A DNA stretch of 64,000 nt from Capsulimonadales bacterium (GTDB lineage Bacteria > Armatimonadota > Armatimonadia > Armatimonadales > Armatimonadaceae): the NCBI GenBank assembly GCA_033762295.1, contig JANRLW010000014.1:14131-78130 (forward strand). Direction: 5' to 3'. Made by a program: the position numbers and the translations under genes. This document shows positions 29,091 to 39,171 of this stretch, in pieces (the stretch's first letter is position 1; every line of letters starts with the position of its first letter). Below the pieces are notes generated by a model, which worked only from the letters and a program-made list of their open reading frames with translations, searched no databases and was not told the origin of the DNA.

Positions 29091-31175
29091 TCACCAGCGG
29101 CGGGCGCGACGCAGTCGCGTTCGCAGCAGAATAGCCGTGATATTCACCGTGAACACCAATCCCAGAAGCACCAGCGCAATGCCGTACTTCAGGCCGTCCG
29201 ACGCCTGGGTCGCCTGGGTCACCACATAGTACAGGTGGTAGGGCAGCGCGAGAACGGGCGCGTCCGGTGACGGAAGGCGCACATCGGTGGTAAAAGTCAC
29301 CGCCGCCGTAAACAGGATCGGCGCGGTCTCTCCGGCCGAACGTCCGATGGCCAGAATCGCGCCGGTCAGGATGCCCGGAATGGCGGCGGGAAGGACCACC
29401 CGTCGGATGGTCTGCCAGCGGGTCGCCCCGAGCCCGACCGACCCCTCCCGGAACGACGCGGGCACGGAGAGCAATGCCTCCTCGGTCGTGGTGATGACGA
29501 TCGGCAGTACCAGGATTGCCAGGGTCGCCGCTCCCCAGAGCAGGGTCCGGTTCTGCCACACCGGGGTCGAGTTTCGGGCGAAGTAGTCCAGCCACCCCCC
29601 AAGAAAGGTCTTGAAAACGATCAGGCCGAACAGTCCGTGCACGATCGAAGGGACCCCGGCCAGATTGACGATCGCCATCCGGATGGCCCCGACCAGCGGC
29701 CCTTTCTTCGCGAATTCGCTCAGGTAGATCGCGGCGCAGATTCCGAGCGGAAGGGCCAGAAGAATCGTCCCGAACATCAGCCCGAGGGTTCCCAGAATGG
29801 CCGGGCCGATCCCGCCCGCAGTCCCGCCGTCGCTCGGCGCCTGCGTCAGGAACCCCGGGGTCAATTGGCGGAAACCGCCGATCAGGATGTTGCCGAAGAG
29901 GAACAGCGTGGGCAGAAGGGCCGCCAGCAGTCCCAGGCCCAGGCAGGCGTACATTGCGTAGTCGATCGGTCGGCGGTACGTAATGGTCGGTCGAATCAGG
30001 AACACCAGCAGAGCCAGCGTTGCGACGAGTAACCCGATCCCGAGGCCGCCCGCCGCGTCGCCCGCCATTCCGACCAGAGCGATCGTGACGCCGATCCCCA
30101 GAACACCGCCGAGCACCGCCAGAAAGCTGAGAAAAGCGGAGGCCCCGCCGCTGCCGGATCGGACGTCGCGTGTCCGCTTCAACGCGAAATCGGCGGTGAA
30201 GTTGATCAGAAAGGTGATGACGAACAGCACCACACCGAGCATGAAGAGGGCATGGTAATGCGACTGTCCGGGCACCACCTCGCCCATCTCCGACGCGACC
30301 GTCGCCGTCAGGGTCCGGCAGACCTCGGCATAGGCACCGAAGACGTTTTGAAAAGCGGTCAGCGGGTTGTTCGTTCCCGGCATCACGCCCATCAGTTGCA
30401 GGAGGTTGATTCCGACGCCGTTCCCGGTGACCATCAGCACGACCATCGTCTCACCGATGGCTCGTCCGACCCCGAGCATGACCGCGGCGACCACTCCCGA
30501 CGCGGCGGCAGGGAATATGACGTTGCGGACCGTCTGCCAGTGGGTCGCGCCCAGTCCGAGGCTCGCTTCCCGGATATCGCGCGGTACGGCGGCCAGAGCA
30601 TCCTCGCTGATGGTGGCAATCGTCGGCACCGCCATCAGGGCCAGCGTGATCGAACCTGTCAGCAGGGTATCCCCGGTCGCGAAACCGAATCGCGCCTGAA
30701 GATAGGGTCCGAGGACCATCATTCCGAAGAACCCGAGGACGACGGAAGGGACGGCCGCCAGAAGTTCGATCAGCGCTTTGAGCGTCGGTCGGAAGCGCGG
30801 CGGCGCGACTTCGGCAATATAGACGGCGGTAGCCACGCCCAGCGGCACCGCCAGAGCGACGGCCCCGAGCGTCACCAGCACGGAGGACAGCAACAGCGGG
30901 ACGAGTCCGTAATCCGGAAGGCCGCCCACACCTTCCGTGGTCGGGGCCCATTCCCGCCCGAAAAAGAAGCGCGCCGCCGGATACGTCGACAGCAGCGGGA
31001 AGGCTTCCTTGAAAATGAAGAGGAAGATCAGTGCGACGAAAACGATCGAGGTCATTCCGGAAGCGGTAATGACCCCGTTGATAATCTTCTCACGGAAGCG
31101 GGAGAGCCGGGTGCGACTGTCCGTCAGGGAGAGGGACGCGTTCGAACGATCGGCATTGGAAACTGCGGTGGACAT
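29091..31175 (-). CDS. pstC-pstA: Fused phosphate ABC permease PstC-PstA
   Basis: One 694-aa ORF with a PstC half (LLAAVPSVV, REASLGLGAT, RAIGETM) and a PstA half (NLAGVPSIV, REGSVGLGAT, RSAGETAP). Confidence 0.9.
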   Translation of the reverse strand: MSTAVSNADRSNASLSLTDSRTRLSRFREKIINGVITASGMTSIVFVALIFLFIFKEAFPLLSTYPAARFFFGREWAPTTEGVGGLPDYGLVPLLLSSVLVTLGAVALAVPLGVATAVYIAEVAPPRFRPTLKALIELLAAVPSVVLGFFGMMVLGPYLQARFGFATGDTLLTGSITLALMAVPTIATISEDALAAVPRDIREASLGLGATHWQTVRNVIFPAAASGVVAAVMLGVGRAIGETMVVLMVTGNGVGINLLQLMGVMPGTNNPLTAFQNVFGAYAEVCRTLTATVASEMGEVVPGQSHYHALFMLGVVLFVITFLINFTADFALKRTRDVRSGSGGASAFLSFLAVLGGVLGIGVTIALVGMAGDAAGGLGIGLLVATLALLVFLIRPTITYRRPIDYAMYACLGLGLLAALLPTLFLFGNILIGGFRQLTPGFLTQAPSDGGTAGGIGPAILGTLGLMFGTILLALPLGICAAIYLSEFAKKGPLVGAIRMAIVNLAGVPSIVHGLFGLIVFKTFLGGWLDYFARNSTPVWQNRTLLWGAATLAILVLPIVITTTEEALLSVPASFREGSVGLGATRWQTIRRVVLPAAIPGILTGAILAIGRSAGETAPILFTAAVTFTTDVRLPSPDAPVLALPYHLYYVVTQATQASDGLKYGIALVLLGLVFTVNITAILLRTRLRRARRW

Positions 31176-31236
31176 GAGAGTGGTTGAACAGCGTCCCTCC
31201 TCGATGAGGACCGCCGCACCCGCGGAGCAGGAACCC

Positions 31237-32205
31237 CTACTTCAGCGTGATGTACCCCTCTTTCTTCACGATTTCCTGGCCTTCCGGACCGGTCACGAAA
31301 TCCAGATACTCCTTGACCACCCCCTCGGGCTGTCCTTTGGTGTAGTTGAACAACGCGCGGGAGATGGGATACTTCCCGGAAAGAATGTTTTCGGAGGTGG
31401 GCAGCACGGGCGCATCGCCCTGCTTGAAGGCAACCGGCACCTCCTTGACCTTCCCGGCCTGAACGAATTCGGTGGCATAGGCGACGCCGATGTAACCGAT
31501 GCCGCCTTTCTGTTTGGAGACGTTGTCGGCGATCTTGTTGTTGGACGGAGTCGTCAGCATATCCGGGCGGTACTTTTCCTTCTTCAGGACGTCCTCCTGG
31601 AAATACTTGTAGGTGCCGGAGGCGGTGTCTCGTCCGGAGGCGATGATCTTGGTGTCCGGGCCCCCGATCTCCTTCCAGTTGTTGATCTTGCCGGTGTAGA
31701 TGCCCTTGAGCTGTTCCAGCGTCAGCGACTGGACGGTGTTGGACGGATGAACGACGATCGTGATGCCGTCACGCGCGACCGCCGTCTCGACCATTTCGAA
31801 TCCCTTGGCCTTCGCGGCGTCCTTTTCCTTGTCTTCCGCCGCACGGGACGCATTGGCGATGGCAGCGGTGCCATTGATCAATGCGGTAATCCCCTGTCCG
31901 GACCCGCCGCCGGTGACCGTCATCTTCGCGTTCGGATTCTTCTTGCCGAACGCTTCCACCCACTTCTGCGAGAGCGGCAGCAACGTATCCGACCCCTCGA
32001 TCGAGACGTTCCCACCTGCGGTCATCGGGGCCGATCCGCCGGCGGCAGGAGACGCTCCGGTTCCGCCGGCGGCGGCGGGTGAGGAAGCCGATTCCGGCGC
32101 GGGGGCGTCACAACCGGTCAGCAACGGAAGAGAAACCGTCGCAACAAAAGCGGAAACGGTGGCATGTAACGCAGTTCGGATGAAGGCGGACCGGGAGGTA
32201 ATCAA
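31237..32205 (-). CDS. pstS: Phosphate-binding lipoprotein
   Basis: TTG start after AGGAG; lipobox LLTGC; GSDT, GGGSGQG, RDTASGT, YPISRALF. Confidence 0.92.
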   Translation of the reverse strand: MITSRSAFIRTALHATVSAFVATVSLPLLTGCDAPAPESASSPAAAGGTGASPAAGGSAPMTAGGNVSIEGSDTLLPLSQKWVEAFGKKNPNAKMTVTGGGSGQGITALINGTAAIANASRAAEDKEKDAAKAKGFEMVETAVARDGITIVVHPSNTVQSLTLEQLKGIYTGKINNWKEIGGPDTKIIASGRDTASGTYKYFQEDVLKKEKYRPDMLTTPSNNKIADNVSKQKGGIGYIGVAYATEFVQAGKVKEVPVAFKQGDAPVLPTSENILSGKYPISRALFNYTKGQPEGVVKEYLDFVTGPEGQEIVKKEGYITLK

Positions 32206-32304
32206 AGCAACTCCTTTTTCGATTGACGTCGCCCGACACGAAAAACCGGAGGCAACATTGGGAAAGGGATATTTGTAGTAGTTTAGCACGGTTTTTACAG
32301 GCGT

Positions 32305-32334
32305 AGGTTAAGAAGATATTAAATTTACTGTTGA
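32305..32334 (-). promoter_or_regulatory. Pho box upstream of pstS
   Basis: Minus strand TCAACAGT-N3-TTTAATAT-N3-CTTAACCT (11-bp period), then extended -10 TGCTAAACT. Confidence 0.65.
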
Positions 32335-32341
32335 TTGTGAT

Positions 32342-33133
32342 TTACTGCGAGAGAAGTATAACAGGTTCGCCCGTCGGACCGACGAACCGTCGGACCGCCG
32401 TTCGGTACGCCGTACCGATATGTTCGACCGTCAATACCGCCTCCGGGGGACCGGAAGCCAGGAATCGTCCGTCGTGCAGTAAGTGAAGGCGATCCGCCAG
32501 AGCGGCGGCGAGGTTGAGATCGTGCAGCACCAGCAGCACTCCCCGGTTTCGGACCTTCGCTTCCTCGCGCAGCAGAACCAGCAACTGCCGCTGATGCCGG
32601 AGGTCCAGGTGGGCCGTCGGCTCATCGAGCAACAGAAACGGAGTTCGCCGTATCAGGGCGCGAGTGATGGCCGCCCGCTGCCGCTCCCCGCCCGAGAGGG
32701 TCAGGAGACTGCGGGACAGCAGTTCGGTAAGGTCGAAGGCGTCCAGCAGTTCCGGCGCGGCGTGATCCGGAGCGGACAAACCGAGGAACTCGCTCACGGT
32801 GTAGGCGAACGCATAGCCGACCTCCTGCGGGGCGTAGGAAAGGATTCGGGCCCGGGCCTCCGCGCCGAGACGGGTAAGTTCCTCGCCGCCAAACCGAAGG
32901 TTTCCTTCGGCGGGGGTCAGCGCTCCGGCCAGGCAGCGGAGCAGGGTCGATTTTCCCGAACCGTTGGGTCCGATCACGCAGGCGATCTCGCCGGGTCGCA
33001 GGTCGAACGTTACGTCGGCAAGAACCGTGCGCCGGCGTCGGCCAAACCGCAGGCCGACGATCTCCAGCGGAATCGGCCGCTCCGATCCCGGCGATCCCTC
33101 CGATCCTGCCGATTTGGGGACGGGGGCGGTCAA
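32342..33133 (-). CDS. ABC transporter ATPase (siderophore/cobalamin type), orphan
   Basis: GPNGSGKST, LSGGERQR, LDEPTAHLD, VLHDLNLA; start overlaps parB stop. Confidence 0.88.
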   Translation of the reverse strand: MTAPVPKSAGSEGSPGSERPIPLEIVGLRFGRRRRTVLADVTFDLRPGEIACVIGPNGSGKSTLLRCLAGALTPAEGNLRFGGEELTRLGAEARARILSYAPQEVGYAFAYTVSEFLGLSAPDHAAPELLDAFDLTELLSRSLLTLSGGERQRAAITRALIRRTPFLLLDEPTAHLDLRHQRQLLVLLREEAKVRNRGVLLVLHDLNLAAALADRLHLLHDGRFLASGPPEAVLTVEHIGTAYRTAVRRFVGPTGEPVILLSQ

Positions 33134-34128
33134 CGGCGTCCGAGCAACCCTTTGATCGGGCTTCCTTCCGACCCTTTGGCATTACGGAACGGCGAAACCG
33201 GTCCGGGCGTGGTCGGGCGCGGGTCGGGTCGCGGTTCCAGCCGCATCAGCAGACCGTCCAGTTCCTCGGCGGAGAAATATTCGATCTCGATCTTTCCCTT
33301 GTCCTCCGTGCCGCTGAGCCGTACCCGGGTCCCCAGGAGCGTACGGAGCCGGTCCTCCAGGGCGGCCATATTCGGTTCGAGGCGTTCGGCATTGCGGCGG
33401 GCGGTCGCTCCGTCCGGGTTCAGCGTCGCCTTCTCCTCGCGCATCAGCCGCTCGACATCGCGCACGGTGAGGTTTTTGTCCCGGATCTGACGGAAGATGG
33501 AAAGCTGGCGTTCGCGGAAGGCCGGGTCGCTCGCCTGACGTTCCTCGCCGAGGAGAGTGCGGGCGTGCCCCTCGGTGATCTCGCCCTGCTCCAATCCCCG
33601 TTGGATCGGGTCGGGCAGTTTCAGCAGGCGGAGGGAGTTGGCGACGGCGGATCGGCTCTTTCCCACGCGACGTCCCATCTCCTCCTGAGTCCAGCCGAAG
33701 TCCTCCATCAGTCGCTGGAAGGCGCGCGCGGTTTCCAGCGGGCCGATGTCGGCGCGGATCAGATTTTCGATCAGGGCGAGCGCCAGGGTCTCCTCGTCGG
33801 TGAGTTGCCGGACGACGACCGGCACCTGTTTGAGTCCGACCCGCAGTGCCGCGCGGTAACGACGTTCCCCGGCGACGATCTCATACCCGCCGGCGGGGCG
33901 GGGCCGCACCAGCAGCGGTTGCAGTATGCCGTTCTGACGGACCGATTCGGCCAGTTCGTTTAGCGGTCCCTCGTCGAACCGGGTCCGTGGCTGGCGCGGG
34001 TTGGGATGCAGCGCGGCAATCGGAACCTCCTGCCCCGGTCCCAGGGTGGCGAGCGGATCAGCCGCGTCGCCACCAGCGGGCAATAGATCGGCCAGTCCCC
34101 TTCCCAACACTCGTTTTACGCTCGGCAT
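33130..34128 (-). CDS. parB: Chromosome partition protein ParB/Spo0J
   Basis: [39 protein letters not shown]. Confidence 0.96.
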   Translation of the reverse strand: MPSVKRVLGRGLADLLPAGGDAADPLATLGPGQEVPIAALHPNPRQPRTRFDEGPLNELAESVRQNGILQPLLVRPRPAGGYEIVAGERRYRAALRVGLKQVPVVVRQLTDEETLALALIENLIRADIGPLETARAFQRLMEDFGWTQEEMGRRVGKSRSAVANSLRLLKLPDPIQRGLEQGEITEGHARTLLGEERQASDPAFRERQLSIFRQIRDKNLTVRDVERLMREEKATLNPDGATARRNAERLEPNMAALEDRLRTLLGTRVRLSGTEDKGKIEIEYFSAEELDGLLMRLEPRPDPRPTTPGPVSPFRNAKGSEGSPIKGLLGRR

Positions 34129-34882
34129 CGCCAATCAATTCCTTTGCTATCTGTTCGTACGCCTGCGCGCCTTTGGATCGCGGGTCGTAGATGGAGATCG
34201 GCTGCCCGAAACTCGGCGCTTCGGACAGCCGGATGTTTCGTGGCACGACGGTCGGCGACACGGCGTCGCCGAAGTACGATTTCACCTCGTTCATGACCTG
34301 GTTCGCCAGGTTGGTCCGCCCGTCGAAGAGGGTGAGGATGACGCGTCCGACCTCCAGATCCGGGTTCAGCCCCTGCCGAACGCGATCGATGATCGCGAGC
34401 AGCTGCGTGACGCCCTCAAGCGCATAATACTCGCATTGCAGCGGAATCAGCACCTGATGGGCGGCGGTCAGGGTATTGACGGTGATCAATCCCAGCGACG
34501 GCGGCGAGTCGATCAGCACGTAATCGTAGTGGTTTTCCACCTCGGCAATCGCTTTTTTTAATCGATATTCACGCTCGTTGGCAGAAAACAACTCCATTTC
34601 CGCGCCCGCCAGGTTGATGGTCGCCGGAACCAGATCCAGATTCGGGACTTCGGTGGCGATGGCGGCTTCCGGGATCGGCTGTCCGTGCGCGAGGACGGTG
34701 TAGACGTCGTCGGTCAGGTTGCGTCGGTCGATTCCCAGACCGCTGGTGGCGTTTCCCTGGGGATCGGCATCCACGAGCAGCACGCGTCTGCCCTCCTGCG
34801 CGATATACGCCGCCAGGTTGACCGCCGTCGTCGTTTTGCCGACGCCGCCTTTCTGGTTCACGACCGCCCAGACCAGTGCCAT
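34058..34882 (-). CDS. parA: Chromosome partition ATPase ParA/Soj
   Basis: [36 protein letters not shown]. Confidence 0.96.
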   Translation of the reverse strand: MALVWAVVNQKGGVGKTTTAVNLAAYIAQEGRRVLLVDADPQGNATSGLGIDRRNLTDDVYTVLAHGQPIPEAAIATEVPNLDLVPATINLAGAEMELFSANEREYRLKKAIAEVENHYDYVLIDSPPSLGLITVNTLTAAHQVLIPLQCEYYALEGVTQLLAIIDRVRQGLNPDLEVGRVILTLFDGRTNLANQVMNEVKSYFGDAVSPTVVPRNIRLSEAPSFGQPISIYDPRSKGAQAYEQIAKELIGDAERKTSVGKGTGRSIARWWRRG

Positions 34883-35018
34883 GATCCATCGTCCTTCGGG
34901 TGGGAATGAGTGAGAGGGGCTGTCCGATCGCGTTCCGCGCGGGAATACAGGGAATATTCGTTCCTCCGGGGTTCGTCGCCAGCCACGACCCATTCTACCC
35001 GCAAATCGGGCGCGATGG

Positions 35019-35034
35019 TGTTTCACGTGGAACG
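35019..35034. promoter_or_regulatory. parS site at parAB promoter
   Basis: TGTTTCACGTGGAACG, ~20 nt upstream of a TAGAAT -10 (minus strand, ~34992-34997). Confidence 0.8.
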
Positions 35035-35174
35035 GAGGCCGTTTTTTTATCGGCGTCGGAGCGAGCGGGCATCGTGCGAGGGTTTCGGCAGAAACGACGG
35101 GGCCCCGGCGCGCTGTAAGGAAGCGCCGGGGCCAGCTCTTTATTACGACCTGCGCGGTCCCAGACCGCGGGGCA

Positions 35175-35480
35175 TCAGCGAACCCGGTCGGCCATCAGGC
35201 GGCGGACGAGCATCTCGGCAATCTGCTCCCCGCTGACCAGGTACGTGCCCGCTTCGATCCGATTTCGCAGGCTGGCGACAATATCCTCACGTTGATCCGG
35301 TTGCATTTCCACTCTTTCGGCAATCTCCCGCGCCTCTTCCCCGACGGAGGAGATCGATTCCGCCACCCCGGTTCGACGAACGGGCGCGGTCGCGATGTTT
35401 CCGATGGCGATGCCGGTGAGGACGGAGCGCGTCGGCTCCAGCTGCGATATTCGCAGGAATTCGTCTCGTGACAATTGCAC
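35175..35480 (-). CDS. flgM: Anti-sigma-28 factor FlgM
   Basis: GTG start after AAGGA-type [31 protein letters not shown]. Confidence 0.8.
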   Translation of the reverse strand: MQLSRDEFLRISQLEPTRSVLTGIAIGNIATAPVRRTGVAESISSVGEEAREIAERVEMQPDQREDIVASLRNRIEAGTYLVSGEQIAEMLVRRLMADRVR

Positions 35481-35742
35481 TTTTTCTTCCCTTTCCTTAA
35501 AATCCCAATCGACCCGTATTGAACGATCCGACCTGCCGAGGTTCGCAGCCCGGCCGGAGATCGATCCGGCGATCCGGGACTCTCCGCTCGTCTGCGGCAA
35601 TGAAGCGAACGTCCGTCCTGCGGAACCCGACGACTCCGCCTCTTCGCTTCCGTTACCGGCACCATCCGTCCGTCTTCGGGCATTTCGAAGCCGTTACCGG
35701 CTTGAAAGACCCCGCTTTTCCATGAAAGGAACCGTCAGTTTT

Positions 35743-35770
35743 TTATCGGAAGCAGACCGTTGTCAAATGA
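35743..35770 (-). promoter_or_regulatory. Possible sigma-28 promoter for flgM
   Basis: Minus strand TCAT-N16-TCCGATAA vs consensus TAAA-N15-GCCGATAA. Confidence 0.4.
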
Positions 35771-35803
35771 AGGGGAATATATTCAACTTATCAGAAAACA
35801 CGT

Positions 35804-35829
35804 ATTAATGTCAAGATATAGACATTAAT
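35804..35829. promoter_or_regulatory. Inverted-repeat operator between divergent flgM and aspartokinase operon
   Basis: ATTAATGTC-N8-GACATTAAT. Confidence 0.55.
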
Positions 35830-35880
35830 TAACATAAAACAGTTCCCGAACCCAGCATTTTCGACCCGGAAACTATTTGG

Positions 35881-35910
35881 TTGACGGCAACCCCTGCGGT
35901 ATGTTATACT
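35881..35910 (+). promoter_or_regulatory. Sigma-70 promoter of ACT-aspartokinase operon
   Basis: TTGACG-N18-TATACT with extended TG. Confidence 0.65.
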
Positions 35911-36013
35911 TCCCGTAAGAGCGAATTCGTGAAATTTAGTACAAAGTCGGTCGCCCTTGCGGCCCTGGTTCGCTCGACGACTTCTTCGCCAACCGGCGGG
36001 ATTGCGGACGGTA

Positions 36014-36547
36014 ATGCGCGCAGACGCGGTCCATTTTGAGAAAGAGCGGGGCGTGACCGAGGTTTCGGTCCGCCGGGGCATCGCCCATGTGACGGTTTCC
36101 CTTCCGCCGGAAAATGTCGGGGCGGGCCGACTGGAACTGCTTCAGCGGCTGGCCGCCGCCAATATTCCCGTTTTTCTGATCAAACTCCTGCCGAAGGGCC
36201 TTTCCTTCGCGCTGCGAGAAAGTGTCGTCGAGGCCGGAGCCGTTCTGCTCGCCGAAAGCGGACATCCGCATCAACTCCGCCCCGACCTGGCGTTGATCAC
36301 GATCTATGCCGGCGCGATGCGCGACCTGTCCGGCGTTATGGCCTCGATTTACGAAGCGTTGATTTCCGAAAACATTCGCGTCTGGCAGACCGGGGACGCC
36401 CACAACGCGGTTCACTGTCTGGTGCCCGGACCCGCAGCGGACACGGCGATCATCGCCCTGCGCGAGACGTTCGCTCTGCACCATCTGCTCGACGCCGATG
36501 ACGGAGAGGCGGAATCGCCCGAGGGGCTCGGTTCCGGAGTGTTATGA
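36014..36547 (+). CDS. Stand-alone ACT-ACT protein (aspartokinase beta-subunit-like)
   Basis: Collinear with the C-terminal ACT pair of the downstream kinase (MRDLSGVMASIYEAL..VWQTGD vs FRGVPGVMALVLETL..VYQTAD); ATGA overlap. Confidence 0.75.
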   Translation: MRADAVHFEKERGVTEVSVRRGIAHVTVSLPPENVGAGRLELLQRLAAANIPVFLIKLLPKGLSFALRESVVEAGAVLLAESGHPHQLRPDLALITIYAGAMRDLSGVMASIYEALISENIRVWQTGDAHNAVHCLVPGPAADTAIIALRETFALHHLLDADDGEAESPEGLGSGVL

Positions 36548-37959
36548 AGATCCTGGTCCAAAAATTCGGAGGGACGTCGGTCGACTCGGAAGAACACCGG
36601 GCGATGGCTGCCGGCAAGGTCGTCCGCGCGGTTCAGGCCGGGTGGAAGGTCGTCGTCGTTGTCTCGGCGATCGGACGCGCAGGCGCGCCGTATGCCACCG
36701 ATACCCTGGTGCGCACCCTGAAGGACGTCGACACGAACGTCGCCCCCGCCCTTCGTGAAATGGACCTGATGATGGCCTGCGGCGAGATCATCTCCACCGT
36801 CGTCCTGGCCCAGACCCTTCGGGCCAAAGGTTTCGAGACGATCGCCCTGACCGGTGGACAGGCGGGCATCCTGACCGATTACGAGTTCGGCAACGCCCGT
36901 ATCCTGTCGATCGACCCCTCCTATATTATCCGGATGCTGGAGGCCGGCAGAATCGTCCTCGTCGCCGGCTTCCAGGGTGTCACCACCTACGGCGCGATCA
37001 CCACACTCGGACGCGGCGGGTCAGACACCACGGCATCCGCGCTCGGGGCCGCGCTGAAGCCCCACGCCGGAGAGGTCGTTGTCGAGATCTACACGGACGT
37101 GGACGGCGTCAAGACGGCCGATCCGCGCCTGGTGCCTGACGCCCGACGGCTTGACCTGGCGACCTACGAGGAGGTCGCGGAGATGGCCCATATGGGAGCG
37201 AAAGTGGTTCATCCCCGCGCCGCCGAAATCGCCCACCAGTACCAGATTCCGCTCTGGGTCAAATCGACGTTCGCCGATGCTCCCGGGACGCGCATCACCT
37301 TCTCGGAGGAACTGGCCGGAGTCGAAGAAGCGCTCCGGATGCGCGTCACCGGCGTCACCCACACCGGGAAGATCGTGTACCTGCGCTTCAGCCTGCCGGA
37401 AACGGAAGATGAGGGGCAGGTCTGGCAGGACAAAGCCCAGATCGAGCTGGCATTGTACAAGATGCTCCAGGATGAAGGGATTCCCCTGTATCTCAACAGT
37501 ACCGAGGGGAACGCCTTCTCCTTCGCCATCGCCCGTGAGCATCTTCCCCGCCTGCGTGGACTGGTCGACGGACTCGCGATTCCGATCGCCTTCGGTCAAC
37601 AGGCCGCCGTGAATACGCCCGGCAAGCGAGGCAGGGTATACTTGATGGGGCTCGGTCCCCACGATCGCGGATTTATCGCGCAGCGAACCATGCTGGAACG
37701 TGTCTCGCCTTATATAACGATGTACGAGGTGCAGGCCGAGGTGACCGAGAACTGCACGGTGGTTTCCGTGATCGCCGCGCGTTTTCGAGGGGTGCCCGGA
37801 GTGATGGCGCTGGTCCTGGAGACGCTGGCCGACATCGGGATTCCCGTGTATCAAACGGCGGATTCGGAACTTTCGATCTCCGTCCTGATCCCGGAGGCGG
37901 ACGTCCCGCGCGCCACCCGCGCCCTGCACGAGGTCTTTTTGCCGGCGCTCAGCGAATAG
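36544..37959 (+). CDS. dapG: Aspartate kinase (DapG/AK-I-like)
   Basis: VQKFGGTS, PYATDTL, TLGRGGSDTTA, YTDVDGVKTADP. Confidence 0.9.
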   Translation: MKILVQKFGGTSVDSEEHRAMAAGKVVRAVQAGWKVVVVVSAIGRAGAPYATDTLVRTLKDVDTNVAPALREMDLMMACGEIISTVVLAQTLRAKGFETIALTGGQAGILTDYEFGNARILSIDPSYIIRMLEAGRIVLVAGFQGVTTYGAITTLGRGGSDTTASALGAALKPHAGEVVVEIYTDVDGVKTADPRLVPDARRLDLATYEEVAEMAHMGAKVVHPRAAEIAHQYQIPLWVKSTFADAPGTRITFSEELAGVEEALRMRVTGVTHTGKIVYLRFSLPETEDEGQVWQDKAQIELALYKMLQDEGIPLYLNSTEGNAFSFAIAREHLPRLRGLVDGLAIPIAFGQQAAVNTPGKRGRVYLMGLGPHDRGFIAQRTMLERVSPYITMYEVQAEVTENCTVVSVIAARFRGVPGVMALVLETLADIGIPVYQTADSELSISVLIPEADVPRATRALHEVFLPALSE

Positions 37960-38037
37960 CGACGAACGTTCAGGACCATCGGAACGATCAGGCGCGTTTC
38001 GCGGCCCGGCAACCCGAGAAAGGGGAAGGGTAACACG

Positions 38038-38565
38038 ATGCGTCGAACGAACGAAAGCCCGGCCGATCCGATCGACGACGGGAGGGATCGGAAGACGGGG
38101 AAAACGACGGGGGAAACGACGAGCGGCACCGGAACGAACCGGGACGAGCGAAACGAGGAGGAAATCGCCGGGCGGTTCCCGGACATCGAAACCGATGAGC
38201 GTTTGAAGGTGTCGCGGGTCGACCTGCCGGACGCGCCGAAGATCGAGATCCGCCGACCGGTCTCGGAGGCTGCCGGGAATCGACCCGACAGGCCGGGAGC
38301 GATCGCCGACCTGCGTGGCGCGGGCGTCGGTTACATGATCGGAATCACGCTGGTGTCGTCGATCGTGATCGGAACCGGACTCGGCTGGGCCGCGGACCGG
38401 TTCCTGCTCCGGTCGACCGGGACGCCCTGGGGGTTGATCCTCGGGTTTTTCGCCGGAACGATCACCGGATTCGTGCAGATGATCGCGGTCGTCAACCGGC
38501 TGAACGCCGAGGAGGATCGACGGAACGCCCGTGAGGCGCGGACCGAGCGAGGAGCGGGACCATGA
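38038..38565 (+). CDS. AtpZ/ATPase gene-1-family protein
   Basis: GTGLGWAADR..TPWGLILGFFAG two-TM motif at head of atp operon. Confidence 0.8.
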   Translation: MRRTNESPADPIDDGRDRKTGKTTGETTSGTGTNRDERNEEEIAGRFPDIETDERLKVSRVDLPDAPKIEIRRPVSEAAGNRPDRPGAIADLRGAGVGYMIGITLVSSIVIGTGLGWAADRFLLRSTGTPWGLILGFFAGTITGFVQMIAVVNRLNAEEDRRNAREARTERGAGP

Positions 38566-38996
38566 GCGGCGATCCGGCCGGTTCGGAGTATATCGGCAGG
38601 ACTCTGCGCAGCGCCCTCGTCGTCGTCGCGTTCGTGCTGGCGATCACGGCGTCGTACGGACAGGTCTGGGCGATCCTGCCCTATCTCGGAGGCTTCGCCC
38701 TGGCGGCGGTCCTGCTGGCCGGCATGGAACGGTTCATCCGGGCGGTGATCCGCCCGGACTGGCTGGGAACGGAGATTGGCGCGGAGGCGAAGGAACGGCG
38801 GCGGCAGGTCGGGACCCTCTGGTTCCTCGGCTTCGCCCTGATCAAGTATCCGCTCGTCGCCCTGTTGCTCTGGTGGCTGGTGCGGGTGTGGGATACGCGG
38901 CAACTGATGGTCTTCGCCGGCGGGTTTCTGACCCTGCATCTGGTGATGGGTCTGCGGGCGATGGGCCGCGTCCTGACGCAGACGGAACGAAAGTAA
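38562..38996 (+). CDS. atpI: ATP synthase protein I-like (4 TM)
   Basis: Four TM helices, IKYPL motif, position before atpB. Confidence 0.7.
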   Translation: MSGDPAGSEYIGRTLRSALVVVAFVLAITASYGQVWAILPYLGGFALAAVLLAGMERFIRAVIRPDWLGTEIGAEAKERRRQVGTLWFLGFALIKYPLVALLLWWLVRVWDTRQLMVFAGGFLTLHLVMGLRAMGRVLTQTERK

Positions 38997-39171
38997 CGCA
39001 ACGAAAGTAAACGAGCAGCCGTTTGACGGCATAGAATACCGGTTATACGCAAAGTATCGTTGACAGGTGCCGGACAGGTTCCCGGCGGACGGAATTATTT
39101 CACCGGCGAAGCGAAACTTCGCCGTGACGTACGATATAATCGCACTCGGTTATATTGCAGGGAGTACGACC

